Shown: positions 10,383 to 20,759, numbered from the stretch's first letter. The stretch: DNA of 64,000 nucleotides from Nitrospirota bacterium (GCA_020851375.1 JADZCV010000045.1:128046-192045), one strand, 5' to 3'. The notes: a model not told the origin generated them from the letters alone. Numbers and translations: made by a program.

Positions 10383-10518
10383 AAAGCAGTGGATTTTATA
10401 ATTATTATATCCTCAATATTTCAAGTAGTTACAGATTAGAGCCGGAGCAGGTGCGGCAGATATGGCGTCAAACTCGCAATGACATGTCATGTAATTGACA
10501 TAACCTTATAAGACACAA

Positions 10519-10551
10519 ACAAAAAAGCCCCCTCAGATCATGAGGGGGCTT
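10519..10551 (-). terminator. Rho-independent terminator after flgE
   Basis: A 10-bp GC-rich stem (AGCCCCCTCA/TGAGGGGGCT) with a 5-nt loop, followed on the minus strand by a T-run. It sits 12 nt after the flgE stop. Confidence 0.7.
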
Positions 10552-10562
10552 AATGAGACTGA

Positions 10563-11894
10563 TTATCTCTTCAGGTTTACAAGTTCCTCGAGCATTGAAT
10601 CAGTAGTTGTAATAATCCTTGAGTTTGCCTGAAATGCCCTCTGGGTTGTTATAAGCTTTATAAACTCCTCAGCGAGGTCTACATTTGACAGTTCGAGTGT
10701 ATTGGCTAATATCCTTCCGCGTCCGCCGCTGTCCGGAGCTCCAAGGACAGGCTGACCTGATTCATACGATTCTGCATACAGGTTTTTCCCGATCTTGCTC
10801 ATGCCGTCAGGGTTGGTAAATAACCCGATCACGACCTGACCAATGGTGTTTGTCTGTCCATTGGAGAATGACCCGCTTATTATTCCAGCCTGATTTACGC
10901 TCAAAGACTTCAATGAACCGGCAGAATAGCCGTCCTGATTCAGAAATGAGGTGCTCGACACTGCGCCAAATTGTGTTGTACCGTCAAGCCCTGACCCGCC
11001 ATTGGCAGTGCCTGTTCCAAAGTCAAAACCTATCACCTGATTCTGTTGTCCCCCGCCTGTAAAGCTGAAATCAGACATCAGGCCTGCCAGACCAAGGTCT
11101 GTCACAGGATTAATATCCATATCTGCTATATTCTCTGCAACAAGCGCTCCGCTCGTATCAAATTGCAGATACCCCCTTCCCATGACTTCTGTTCCGGCTA
11201 TACCTTTGGCAACTGCATTCCACTGCCAGTAATTTCCTGAGGCACCGGCCGTGTCTTCATGCACCTTGGTAAAGTATGTCGTAACAAGGTGCTGATTGCC
11301 AAGTGAATCATAAACTGTCATTGAATTGGAAAAATGATATGAGTTGCTGATGTTATTAATATCAAAGCCTGCTGCAATGGGCACTTCGCTTGAATCAAGA
11401 TTGGCGGTCATCTGGACTGTTGACGTTATGTTGGGCGGTGTAGTGGCTGCTGACACATCAATATTGTCTATATTGTTTGTAATGTTTCCCGCGTTGTCAG
11501 CCTGATAACATTGAAGGAAATATCCTTCCGGGTTTATTATGTAACCATCACTGTTTATATTGAACTGACCGGCCCTTGAATAGAATGAAGTGCCTGCGGA
11601 ATCATTAACAAGGAAGAACCCGTCACCATCAATGCCAAAATCAAGTGCGCTGGATGTTGATTCCATTGACCCCTGTGAAAACAGCGTTGAAACATCGCTC
11701 AGATATACTCCACGGCCTATCTGATTACCTGATGAGCCTGTAAGGCTCTGACTAAGGACGTCTGCAAAAGAAGCCCGGCTGGCCTTAAAACCAACTGTAT
11801 TAACGTTTGCAATATTGTTTCCTATAACTGAAAGTGAAGTACCGTTTGCATTAAGACCGCTGATTCCTGTGAATAGTGATGTTAATATTGCCAT
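10563..11894 (-). CDS. flgE: Flagellar hook protein FlgE
   Basis: N-terminal GISGLNANGTSLSVIGNNIANVNTVGFK and a C-terminal rod/hook domain ending LVNLKR. Confidence 0.9.
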   Translation of the reverse strand: MAILTSLFTGISGLNANGTSLSVIGNNIANVNTVGFKASRASFADVLSQSLTGSSGNQIGRGVYLSDVSTLFSQGSMESTSSALDFGIDGDGFFLVNDSAGTSFYSRAGQFNINSDGYIINPEGYFLQCYQADNAGNITNNIDNIDVSAATTPPNITSTVQMTANLDSSEVPIAAGFDINNISNSYHFSNSMTVYDSLGNQHLVTTYFTKVHEDTAGASGNYWQWNAVAKGIAGTEVMGRGYLQFDTSGALVAENIADMDINPVTDLGLAGLMSDFSFTGGGQQNQVIGFDFGTGTANGGSGLDGTTQFGAVSSTSFLNQDGYSAGSLKSLSVNQAGIISGSFSNGQTNTIGQVVIGLFTNPDGMSKIGKNLYAESYESGQPVLGAPDSGGRGRILANTLELSNVDLAEEFIKLITTQRAFQANSRIITTTDSMLEELVNLKR

Positions 11895-11959
11895 CTGTTT
11901 TCCTCCTTTATTTATTCCTGCCGGTCACAAGGGCCGGCACTGCATGCAGCTCATGTCTG

Positions 11960-12631
11960 TTAAATTTTCACATCCCTCACCTCCTCAATGTCAGTCAATG
12001 GTATCCTCATGCCTTGTATCATAAGATACGGGACGTCATTCTCATATGACACGCCATCCACAGCCCCGGTAATATTCGGCCTTATGTCCATTTCCTTTCC
12101 GTTGAGATCCTTTGCACTCACCTCGAATGTATACCCGCCGGCAGGCATGATGTTGCCGGAGTTATCCCTGCCATCCCAGACTGCGGTATGAATTCCACCG
12201 TCCTGAGGACCGGCATTTATACTCCTCACCGTCTTGTTGTCTTCATTTATAATCCTGATGACCACTTCACTTGCATCATCATTTAACTGATACCCGATCC
12301 CGGTTGAACCTTTAATGCCATCCATCGAAAGCCTGTTGCCTGAAGCCATGATATTTTTCCCGATGAAATTGACAACCTGCCTGTTATTCATATCAGTCTG
12401 ACCGCCTGTCAGCGTCTTCAGCCCGCTGTTAATCCCGGCCAGGTGGTCAAGGCTTGAAAACTGTGAAAGCTGTGTCACGAATTCAGTATGCTCCATCGGC
12501 TTTAACGGGTCCTGATACTGTAATTGTGTGACAAGCAGCCTCATAAAGTCCTCCTGACCAAGCGTCTTCTTAACCTCCCTGTCAACCTTACTGGTGGAAG
12601 CGAGCTCATTTCCTGCGATTGAACTAATCAT
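11960..12631 (-). CDS. flgD: Flagellar hook capping/assembly protein FlgD
   Basis: N-terminal FlgD motif QEDFMRLLVTQLQYQDPLKPM. Confidence 0.85.
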   Translation of the reverse strand: MISSIAGNELASTSKVDREVKKTLGQEDFMRLLVTQLQYQDPLKPMEHTEFVTQLSQFSSLDHLAGINSGLKTLTGGQTDMNNRQVVNFIGKNIMASGNRLSMDGIKGSTGIGYQLNDDASEVVIRIINEDNKTVRSINAGPQDGGIHTAVWDGRDNSGNIMPAGGYTFEVSAKDLNGKEMDIRPNITGAVDGVSYENDVPYLMIQGMRIPLTDIEEVRDVKI

Positions 12632-12649
12632 AATACCTCCTTCTTATTG

Positions 12650-13699
12650 TCATACAAAAATGCTGATACTGTTTGCACCTGACCCGATAATTGCACCTCC
12701 CGTGTCACATGCTGCAGCATCGTCATAAGGCAGGTCAGTCAATGGCATATCGTCAGACAAATCCCTCCTGCCCCTGTCAGAAAACCATCCGGGCATACTG
12801 CCATCATAACCGGAATACGATACATTTACGGTAAACTGATCAATATTCAGGCCTGATTTTTTCAATTCGTCAACAAGCGTGTCCAGGTTAGACTCCAGCA
12901 TGTCTTTCACGAGCTTTTCCTCAACAGTAACAATGGCCTTTATGCCGTCATCAGCGACAGAAATATCTATATGCATATTGCCAAGTTCTTCAGGCTGAAG
13001 TCTTATCCTGGCCGAATGGCCGCCTATGAAATACATGTCAGCCAGCTTGTCTGCTAACTGCGTTAGAACCCCTGTTCGCAGATTGTGTGAAGAACTATGC
13101 GCGGCCGCCTTAACGTTCCCGCCGGGATTTTCCATGTGCATATTCGGGATAATCTCCGGCTTTACATCAGTAGACGTATCAGCAGCATTATCCGATTGTT
13201 TACCTGATGCCTCACGTAATAGCTTCATATAAGGAGCGTCCATGAATGATTCAGGTCCATCCATGGCAAACATGGGGATATCAGTAACGGGTGAATAGCC
13301 ATTCTCATCTTTCAAACCATTGTCAGTCCGGTCATCATCACTACGTTCATTATGTGTGCGCAGAAGATTGCCAGGGGACAGAGAATCAGATTGTAATAAA
13401 TGTGTCTTTTGTAACTTTGCATCCCGCAGTTGAGCTGTCAAAGGGGTCAATTCAGATTGCAGCACGTCTGCATCCTGCGACTCACTGTCATGATTCAGGC
13501 CTGCAGAGAGAGACCCGAGTCCTTCATCCTTTGGAATAACGTTGTTGTCACCCTGTGCTGATAACATCAGAAGCAATGCTGAAAACATTTCACTGTTATC
13601 AACACCTGATTTATTTCTCCTGACGGCATTTGTTCTGTCTGACGTGCGTCCTGTATCAGCAGGTTTCTCTGCTGCAGCCATTGGAAACTGCGTGGTCAT
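12650..13699 (-). CDS. fliK: Flagellar hook-length control protein FliK
   Basis: Low-complexity N-terminus and a C-terminal Flg_hook-like domain; lies between ylxF-like and flgD as in the Bacillus fla operon. Confidence 0.65.
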   Translation of the reverse strand: MTTQFPMAAAEKPADTGRTSDRTNAVRRNKSGVDNSEMFSALLLMLSAQGDNNVIPKDEGLGSLSAGLNHDSESQDADVLQSELTPLTAQLRDAKLQKTHLLQSDSLSPGNLLRTHNERSDDDRTDNGLKDENGYSPVTDIPMFAMDGPESFMDAPYMKLLREASGKQSDNAADTSTDVKPEIIPNMHMENPGGNVKAAAHSSSHNLRTGVLTQLADKLADMYFIGGHSARIRLQPEELGNMHIDISVADDGIKAIVTVEEKLVKDMLESNLDTLVDELKKSGLNIDQFTVNVSYSGYDGSMPGWFSDRGRRDLSDDMPLTDLPYDDAAACDTGGAIIGSGANSISIFV

Positions 13700-14278
13700 T
13701 TATCTGTCAACCTTTCCCGATGCCATCCTGGCACTTAGTGACGCGGCCTTGTCAGGAGAAATTGAACCAAGTATCTTTCCTGCCTGTTTCCCTTTTATCC
13801 TCATTAGCAGATTAACGGCAAGATCCGTTTCCATTTTCTCTATCCTCTGAGCAGCCTCTTCAACGGACATTGATTCATAAAGCCTGGCCATACGTGTAAG
13901 GCTGTCCTGAGGTTTATTGCCTGCCGGACTGCTTTGCATCCTGTCACGCATGGCGGTATATTGCTTTAGTGACAGTTCTACAGAAGACCTTAACATATTC
14001 AGCCGTTCTTCATCCTTCTTCAAGGCCTCTTCCCGCTTTGAAAGTTCCCTCTCCCTGTCTTCAAGGGCCTTCATTATTGACTGAATGTCTTTTTCACCGT
14101 CATCAGACACTTCTCCGCCTGTACCGCCATCCGCCGGCTGAGCCGGTGATTCACCGTGTCCGTTGTCCTGTTTCTGAACAGCCACTGCCGGTACAAATAA
14201 AAACATACCTATAAGAAACGTAAACAGGATGGTCAGGTATATTACAGGTTCTTTTCTTTTTAACAATGAATTACTCAA
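13700..14278 (-). CDS. YlxF-like flagellar operon protein (single TM, coiled coil, MgtE-N-like C-terminal domain)
   Basis: N-terminal TM segment, a Glu/Lys/Arg coiled coil, and a C-terminal LARLYESMSVEEAAQRIEKM motif. Same position as B. subtilis ylxF between fliJ and fliK. Confidence 0.5.
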   Translation of the reverse strand: MSNSLLKRKEPVIYLTILFTFLIGMFLFVPAVAVQKQDNGHGESPAQPADGGTGGEVSDDGEKDIQSIMKALEDRERELSKREEALKKDEERLNMLRSSVELSLKQYTAMRDRMQSSPAGNKPQDSLTRMARLYESMSVEEAAQRIEKMETDLAVNLLMRIKGKQAGKILGSISPDKAASLSARMASGKVDR

Positions 14279-14718
14279 TTATTCCTCAGGTATCTGTTAT
14301 TGCTTATCTCATTCATCACTTTCTTATCTTCCCTGCTGACACCTTCCTTCTTCACGTCAATCTCTTTTTCTTTGGCCCTCTCCACAACCTTTTTATCCTG
14401 TGATGCTACTGTCAATGCCGTCTTTCTTTCATTGTATGTCCTGGTTACCTCAGCTACCCTCCGGCGTTGAACTTCCATATCAAGCGTTATCTGCTGCAGG
14501 TAGGAATGATACATGAATATTTCGTGAGGAGGCACCGACCGCTCCTGTCTTTCCTTTAATTCTTCCGCAGCACGATTGCATATCTCCTCAAGAGCAAAGA
14601 GTTTTTTTTCTTCAAGATCAAGTATCTCCAGAACTTCAGCCAGTTCATACTTCATAGTCTCCTCAAGAAATTCCCTGTATTTGAGAAGGGGATCGAACCT
14701 TATGCTTTTATGTTTCAT
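14275..14718 (-). CDS. fliJ: Flagellar export chaperone FliJ
   Basis: 147-aa all-coiled-coil protein directly after fliI. Confidence 0.65.
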   Translation of the reverse strand: MKHKSIRFDPLLKYREFLEETMKYELAEVLEILDLEEKKLFALEEICNRAAEELKERQERSVPPHEIFMYHSYLQQITLDMEVQRRRVAEVTRTYNERKTALTVASQDKKVVERAKEKEIDVKKEGVSREDKKVMNEISNNRYLRNN

Positions 14719-16040
14719 GCAGCCGCCTTTACTTCAAACAGTCTGGATAGTCTTTTTATACTATCCTCAATGGTAACCTTATCCTCTATCCCCTGGCGCA
14801 GGTAATCATTGATACGCTCAATCATGCTTATGGCATAATCTATGTCAGCATTGCTGCCATTCTTGTAAGCCCCTATATTTATCAGGTCTTCAGCCTTCCT
14901 GTACCTTGAAACGACTTCCCGCAGCTTCCTCGCGTCTGCCATGTGTTCAGGGGAAACAATGTCTATCATAGTTCTGCTGATGCTGCGAAGTATGTCAATG
15001 GACGGATAATGGTTGTGTGTTGCAAGATCCCTTGAAAGGACTACATGACCATCCAATATTGACCTTACAGCATCAACGATAGGGTCATTCATGTCATCCT
15101 CTTCAACGAGAACCGTATAGAGCCCTGTTATATTACCCTTACCAGCGCAGGTGCCTGCCCTCTCCAGTAATTTTGGAAGGACTGAGAAAACTGAAGGCGT
15201 ATATCCCTTGGTAGTAGGCGGCTCGCCTATGGCAAGGCCCACCTCTCTCATGGCCGTTGCAAACCTCGTAACAGAATCCATCATCAGCAGGACCTTTTTA
15301 CCGCAATCTCTGAAGTACTCGGCAATGGCCGTGGCAATATATGCCCCGCGCATCCGTATAAGCGGCGGTTGATCCGACGTCGCCACGATAACGACTGATC
15401 GTGCAAGGCCGGCATTCTTGAGGTCCTTATCCAGAAACTCTTTGACCTCTCTTCCCCGTTCACCGATCAGCGCAATCACATTCACATCTGCAGACGTATT
15501 TCTCGCCATCATGCCAAGGAGTACGCTCTTGCCTACTCCGCTGCCGGCAAATATGCCAAGCCTCTGTCCCTGACCGCATGTAATCAATCCATTCATGGCC
15601 TTGATGCCCAGGTCAAGTGGTTTTTCAATCCTGCGCCTGTCCAGCGGATTAAGAGGGGAATTATATATTGGATATTCCATCTTGCCTGCTATATCCCCCC
15701 TGCCATCAATGGGATTTCCAAGCCCATCAATAACCCGTCCAAGAAGATTCTCACCAACACGGACGACTGCCCTGTGTCGCTTTGCCATGATCTTACTGCC
15801 CGGACTCAACCCCCTTGTGTCTCCGAGAGGCATAAGCTGAATCTTCTCACCCTTAAATCCGACGACCTCAGCCTCTACAACATGAGATGCCTCTTTCGGA
15901 AAAATCTCACAAAGCTCGCCGATTGAAGAACCTGGTCCGTGTCCTTCTATAATAAGGCCTGTAATCTGAGTAACCTTGCCGTAGACCCTGATAGGATCTG
16001 TCTCGTTAATTATTTTGTGGTGCCTGGTCAGATTTAGCAT
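14715..16040 (-). CDS. fliI: Flagellum-specific ATPase FliI
   Basis: Walker A GSGVGKS and an F1/T3SS ATPase core; 441 aa. Confidence 0.95.
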   Translation of the reverse strand: MLNLTRHHKIINETDPIRVYGKVTQITGLIIEGHGPGSSIGELCEIFPKEASHVVEAEVVGFKGEKIQLMPLGDTRGLSPGSKIMAKRHRAVVRVGENLLGRVIDGLGNPIDGRGDIAGKMEYPIYNSPLNPLDRRRIEKPLDLGIKAMNGLITCGQGQRLGIFAGSGVGKSVLLGMMARNTSADVNVIALIGERGREVKEFLDKDLKNAGLARSVVIVATSDQPPLIRMRGAYIATAIAEYFRDCGKKVLLMMDSVTRFATAMREVGLAIGEPPTTKGYTPSVFSVLPKLLERAGTCAGKGNITGLYTVLVEEDDMNDPIVDAVRSILDGHVVLSRDLATHNHYPSIDILRSISRTMIDIVSPEHMADARKLREVVSRYRKAEDLINIGAYKNGSNADIDYAISMIERINDYLRQGIEDKVTIEDSIKRLSRLFEVKAAA

Positions 16041-16041
16041 A

Positions 16042-16683
16042 TTATTTGGCCGCTGTCAGTGCCCCCTTGATTACCTTAATCTGAGAATCTATTCTTGCAT
16101 CAATATCACCCTGATTGGTCTCAATCAGGCAGCCACCAGGCTGTACAGATTCATCCGCTTCAAATATGAGGCTCTTTATACCGTCAATGCACTGCAGCAA
16201 CTCTGAGCGTTTTTTATTCAGCGTATCATAATCAACCGGGGCAACCCTGATCCTCAGAACCTCCCTGTCTGATGCCCTCTTAATAGCCTCTTTTGCAATA
16301 TTTACAACAAGCTCACGGTCTTGCTCCACTGCCGCCCCTATTATCTTTCTTGCAATCATAACTGATATATCTACCACATCATTTTCAATCTTCCTGTATA
16401 ATTCATCTTTGAGTTTCTCTGCACCTTCTATCAGCCCCTTCATGATCTTTAGTTCAGTACCTATCTCCTTTAAGATCATCATCCTGCCCTTGTTCAGGCC
16501 ATCCTCCAACCCACTGTTATATGCAGCATCCCTGACATCCTGCATGACGTCAGAGTTCGGTTCCTCCTGACCTGCAGATGCCTTTCTGGCGGTCCCATCA
16601 TCAACTTTATTCAATTGAAATGGTCTTATATTCGATCTATCCTTAACCTCTGTTTTCAGAACCTTACCCGACACTTTGCACAT
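16042..16683 (-). CDS. fliH: Flagellar assembly protein FliH
   Basis: 213 aa, charged coiled-coil protein between fliG and fliI. Confidence 0.7.
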   Translation of the reverse strand: MCKVSGKVLKTEVKDRSNIRPFQLNKVDDGTARKASAGQEEPNSDVMQDVRDAAYNSGLEDGLNKGRMMILKEIGTELKIMKGLIEGAEKLKDELYRKIENDVVDISVMIARKIIGAAVEQDRELVVNIAKEAIKRASDREVLRIRVAPVDYDTLNKKRSELLQCIDGIKSLIFEADESVQPGGCLIETNQGDIDARIDSQIKVIKGALTAAK

Positions 16684-16702
16684 ACCCCTTTCATGTTATA
16701 TT

Positions 16703-17710
16703 TCAGGAAAGCATGTCATCACTTCCCTTGCCGCCTATAACAATCTTTCCCTCTTCCTCCAATCTCTTGGCAATCTTTAATATTGCCTGCTGGGATTTTT
16801 CGATTTCACTGACCCTGACAGGCCCCTTGGCCTCCATGTCTTCCTTAACCCCCTGTGCAGCCCTTTCCGACATATTCTTAAAGAATTTGGCCTTCAAATC
16901 CTCACCCGCACCCTTAAGGGAAATCATAAGGTCTTCCTTGCTGATCTCTTTCATAATCTCCTGCATACCCCTGTCATCTATGTTCATGAGGTCTTCAAAG
17001 ACAAACATCATCTTTCGTATAGCTTCCGCCAGATCCGGGCTGGTCTGTTCAATGCTGCTCATGATCGCCGATTCATTGCTCCTGTCAAGGCTGTTCAGAA
17101 TTTGTGCAGCCACATCAGGTCCACCGATCTTTTTTTCCACTATAGAGCCGCCCATTTGCAGTTCCTTATTCAGGACCTCTTCTATCTCTTTTATGACGCC
17201 GGGTGAAACCCCCTCTATTGTCGCTATCCTGTGCATTACATCGCCCCGTATTGCAACAGGAAGCAAAGAAACCACCCGGCTTGCATGATCAGCATCCAGG
17301 TGTGCCAGGATAAGCGCAATAGTTTGCGGATGCTCGCCTTTTACAAGATTTGCAATGCCGCGCGGATCAATCCATTTTAATGCCTCAAGGCCCTTGTCTT
17401 CGGATACTATAGCGAGGTTTTCCATCACCTTGCCTGCCCTTTCAGCACCCATAGCCTTTGTAAGCACAGCACGCATGTAGTCTTCACCGCCAAAAACAAA
17501 ACTGTCCGGTGATGTGGCAATCTCATGAAATTCCCTTACGACGGTCTTTACCTTCTCAGGCGCTATCTTGCTCGCCTTCGAAAGGTAATTGCCTATTAAC
17601 TTTATCTCCCTGGCATCGAGGTTTTTCATAACCTCAGATGCAACATCCTCACCCAGTGTCACCAAAAGGATTGCAGCCTTTTCATATCCATTATTCTGAT
17701 TCTCCGTCAT
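16703..17710 (-). CDS. fliG: Flagellar motor switch protein FliG
   Basis: 335 aa with the C-terminal torque-helix region. Confidence 0.9.
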   Translation of the reverse strand: MTENQNNGYEKAAILLVTLGEDVASEVMKNLDAREIKLIGNYLSKASKIAPEKVKTVVREFHEIATSPDSFVFGGEDYMRAVLTKAMGAERAGKVMENLAIVSEDKGLEALKWIDPRGIANLVKGEHPQTIALILAHLDADHASRVVSLLPVAIRGDVMHRIATIEGVSPGVIKEIEEVLNKELQMGGSIVEKKIGGPDVAAQILNSLDRSNESAIMSSIEQTSPDLAEAIRKMMFVFEDLMNIDDRGMQEIMKEISKEDLMISLKGAGEDLKAKFFKNMSERAAQGVKEDMEAKGPVRVSEIEKSQQAILKIAKRLEEEGKIVIGGKGSDDMLS

Positions 17711-17739
17711 ACCGTTATCCTCTCCCCATGATGAATGCC

Positions 17740-19353
17740 CTATTTTTCACTGATCCATGATTTAATTAATTTTGCCGTTTGCTGCGGATTCTCCCGGGCA
17801 ATTTTCAGCACCTCATTTCTTGCCATGACCTCTGAGTCCATCTTAAGAGGAGGATGTATGCCACCCTCAACCTCACCCGATGACTGGAAAACTCCGCTCA
17901 TTCCGCCTGGATAAGATGCAATCTGGGGTCTCGTTGCAAGAGCTGTCTTCATAAGCGGCTTTACAACAAACAGGAATACAAGCCCTGCTACAACCAGGGC
18001 AACGGCATACTTGATGAAGGGCAGCATGGCGGTCAGCTGAAACCTGGTCTCAGGCTCTGCTTCGGAGTCTGCGGATATTAATGATGACTCGAACGGTATA
18101 CTCAGCACCTCGACCTGATCTCCCCTTTCCTCGTTATATCCTATTGCTTTTTTTACAATTTCAGTATATTTGCCGAGCTCTTCAACTGTTCTCGGAATAT
18201 ATTTCCTCGTATCCTTGCCATCACTACCCTTGACAATCTCATAATTTCCATCTATCAGTATAGCTGCTGACAATCTCCTGATTGTCCCGGCAGCCTCTAC
18301 AATATGATTGACCGTCTTGTTTATTTCATAGTTTATTGTTTCCTGTGCCTTCCTGGATTGCGATGAAGTGCCCTTTGTATCGCCTGCGGCCTGAGGGTTT
18401 TCATTCCTGGCGGATGGAAGGTTTGAGACCACGCCCGGGATCCCTGACACCCCTCCTGAAGAGCCCGAAGCATTCTCCTGAACCCTTTGCTCGCTCCTGA
18501 CAGCAACAGTGTCAGGATCATACTTCTCTTCAGTCGTCTCTACCTGTTTGAAATCAAGAGTGCCCGATATACGAACAGAGACCTTGCCGGGCCCGACTGC
18601 CCTCTCGATCATGCTCTGCACCCTTTCTTCCAGTGACTTCTCAAGATTCCGCTGATACTCAATCTGATAAGTGGACATGTTTGCAGCATATCCGTCATCA
18701 GAAGGTTTTGATAATATATTCCCATGAGTATCAACAACCGATATATTCTGTGCGCTCAAACCCTCCACACTGCTTGCGACAAGGTGAACGATCCCATAGA
18801 TCTGGTTCTGGGACAACGTCCCCCCCCCTTTTATCTTCAACACCACAGATGCCCGGGCTGACTCTTTTTTCTCAGAGAACAGTGTCTTTTCAGGTACGAC
18901 CAAATGAACCCTGGCCTGCTCAACTTCACTAATCTGGCTGATGGTTCGGGCCAGTTCTCCCTGAAGCGCCCTCCTGTAATTTAATTTCTGGACAAAGTCA
19001 GTCATGCCGATGCTTGTCCTGTCAAAAATCTCAAATCCCACGCCGCCGCCTGAAGGTATCCCCTCACCTGCCAGCAGCAATCTCAGTTCATGAACTTTTT
19101 CATGAGGAACCAATACCGCATTTCCGTTCTGCAATTCATATGGCACCTTCAACTCCTTCAATTTCGCAGTAATTGTCCCTGCATCTTCAGTAGACAGGTT
19201 CGCATAAAGAAGCTGATATACCGGTTGATTAGCCCAAAGCACAACAGCTATCACCACGGCTATCATAGCGGCAACCCCAGCCACAGCCATTACCTTCTGG
19301 CCAATAGGTATCGCCGCAAATCTGCTTTGCAATTCGGAAGGATTAATCGCCAT
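17740..19353 (-). CDS. fliF: Flagellar MS-ring protein FliF
   Basis: 537 aa with an N-terminal TM segment, a large periplasmic domain and a C-terminal TM segment. Confidence 0.9.
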   Translation of the reverse strand: MAINPSELQSRFAAIPIGQKVMAVAGVAAMIAVVIAVVLWANQPVYQLLYANLSTEDAGTITAKLKELKVPYELQNGNAVLVPHEKVHELRLLLAGEGIPSGGGVGFEIFDRTSIGMTDFVQKLNYRRALQGELARTISQISEVEQARVHLVVPEKTLFSEKKESARASVVLKIKGGGTLSQNQIYGIVHLVASSVEGLSAQNISVVDTHGNILSKPSDDGYAANMSTYQIEYQRNLEKSLEERVQSMIERAVGPGKVSVRISGTLDFKQVETTEEKYDPDTVAVRSEQRVQENASGSSGGVSGIPGVVSNLPSARNENPQAAGDTKGTSSQSRKAQETINYEINKTVNHIVEAAGTIRRLSAAILIDGNYEIVKGSDGKDTRKYIPRTVEELGKYTEIVKKAIGYNEERGDQVEVLSIPFESSLISADSEAEPETRFQLTAMLPFIKYAVALVVAGLVFLFVVKPLMKTALATRPQIASYPGGMSGVFQSSGEVEGGIHPPLKMDSEVMARNEVLKIARENPQQTAKLIKSWISEK

Positions 19354-19402
19354 AACTATATGTTCCCTTTCTTGTCTTATCTCTCATAACCAGTCAACGA
19401 AA

Positions 19403-19457
19403 GTTGACGCTCAAAATCGTCCGGTTGCAATGTGTACCCCCGTTTTTCAGCGTCAAC
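19403..19457. repeat. Core-less mini copy of repeat family 1 (GTTGACGCTCAAAA ... TTTTCAGCGTCAAC) at the fliE/fliF junction
   Basis: Its terminal inverted repeats match those of the 120-bp elements at 27367, 54354 and 54678. An adjacent GTCAAC-gaaa-GTTGAC palindrome lies at 19393-19408. Confidence 0.4.
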
Positions 19458-19762
19458 TATACCTGGGTGCGCATTATTTCTTCATACGCACTTATTAACT
19501 TGTTCCTAACCTGCATCATCATCTGCAAAGACAGGTTCGCCTTTTCCACGGCAATCATCACCTGATGAATGTTCTGGTCTTTACCTGACAATAAATCCTG
19601 CACTGCCTGATCAGCCCCATTCTGCACTGTATTGACCTTTTCGACTGACCCCCTGAGCATCTCCGCAAATGAATTTACGGAGTCATCAATTTTTGCTGCG
19701 GACTTGTTGTCAGCTACGGGAAATACATTGGCCCCAATGCCGTTTATCTCCATTTTATTCAT
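19457..19762 (-). CDS. fliE: Flagellar hook-basal body protein FliE
   Basis: 101 aa in the conserved position after flgC. Confidence 0.8.
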   Translation of the reverse strand: MNKMEINGIGANVFPVADNKSAAKIDDSVNSFAEMLRGSVEKVNTVQNGADQAVQDLLSGKDQNIHQVMIAVEKANLSLQMMMQVRNKLISAYEEIMRTQV

Positions 19763-19783
19763 GACTCACCATCCCCTTCTTTC

Positions 19784-20194
19784 TTACCTGCCGATCTCCA
19801 GCGCCTTTTGAGCCATAGCCTTTGCAGAGTTTACTGCAGTAACATTGGCCTCATAGGACCTCGACGCCGACATCATATTAACCATCTCTTCAAGAAGGTT
19901 TACATTAGGAAGCTGCACATATCCTTCTTCATTGGCATCCGGATGCTGAGGATCAAATACAACCTGGAAAGGCCTTTTGTCTTCCACTATCTCTTTAACT
20001 TCCACTGCACCGGCACTGTTATCAAGGGCATTGTCAAGCACCTCTGAAAAGACAACATCCTTCCTCCTGTACGGACCGCCTTCCTGAGTATGCGTGGATT
20101 GAGCGTTGGCAAGATTGCCTGCAATTATATTCATCCGGATCCTCTGAGCCTCAAGACCTGATGCACTGATTGAAAAGATTTTTCCGATATCCAT
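19784..20194 (-). CDS. flgC: Flagellar basal-body rod protein FlgC
   Basis: N-terminal SASGLEAQRIRMNIIAGNLANAQST and a C-terminal rod domain. Confidence 0.9.
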   Translation of the reverse strand: MDIGKIFSISASGLEAQRIRMNIIAGNLANAQSTHTQEGGPYRRKDVVFSEVLDNALDNSAGAVEVKEIVEDKRPFQVVFDPQHPDANEEGYVQLPNVNLLEEMVNMMSASRSYEANVTAVNSAKAMAQKALEIGR

Positions 20195-20196
20195 AT

Positions 20197-20607
20197 TTAT
20201 CTCCCTTCTCTGATTGCGTTTGCAATCATTCTGAATTTTGTTGAAATAACCTGCGCTGAGGCATTATACAGAATAGAATTCTGTGCCATATTCGCCATTT
20301 CAAGCTCAACGTTAACACTGTTGTCATCATAGCCGGCATTGCTCTCAGGCCTGTTAATTACTGCTGCACCGCTGCTGTTCAAGCCGGTATCAGCGTTAAG
20401 ATGCATGGGATTTGTCCTTGATATCTGCTGCACCCCTCCGGAATTCTGCGCAGCCCTGAGTTCATCAGTAAAATTAATATCCTTGGCCTTATAGTGCGGT
20501 GTATCCTGATTGGCTACGTTGGCAGACAGCAGCTTATGCCTGTCACTCATCATATCAAGCGCCTTGGACAGGAATGAAATTGTATTATCGAATAGTGTCA
20601 TAGTCAT
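20197..20607 (-). CDS. flgB: Flagellar basal-body rod protein FlgB
   Basis: N-terminal rod motif SANVANQDTPHYKAKD; first gene of the operon. Confidence 0.85.
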   Translation of the reverse strand: MTMTLFDNTISFLSKALDMMSDRHKLLSANVANQDTPHYKAKDINFTDELRAAQNSGGVQQISRTNPMHLNADTGLNSSGAAVINRPESNAGYDDNSVNVELEMANMAQNSILYNASAQVISTKFRMIANAIREGR

Positions 20608-20622
20608 TGCAATGAAACATAG

Positions 20623-20640
20623 TTTGCAAACGATATACCA
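20623..20640 (-). promoter_or_regulatory. Sigma-54 promoter for the flgB operon
   Basis: The minus strand reads TGGTATATCGTTTGCA with exact GG-N10-GC spacing. The -12 element is only about 18 nt from the flgB ATG, giving a near-leaderless transcript. Confidence 0.45.
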
Positions 20641-20759
20641 TAGCCAGAATCATTTTATTTATTTTGTTTATCAATATGTTACAACTCACTTCATTCCACC
20701 TGCCCTGATTAATTCATTTCAGAGGGCACTTTGTTTCCACCTGAGCAGGCAATTTCTGC

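Noticed and set aside
19425-19441. A sigma-54 promoter before fliF
   Set aside because: Only the -12 TTGCA is good and the -24 region is GGGGG rather than TGGCAC. It also lies inside a repeat-family-1 mini element. It is mentioned in a finding but not listed as a feature.
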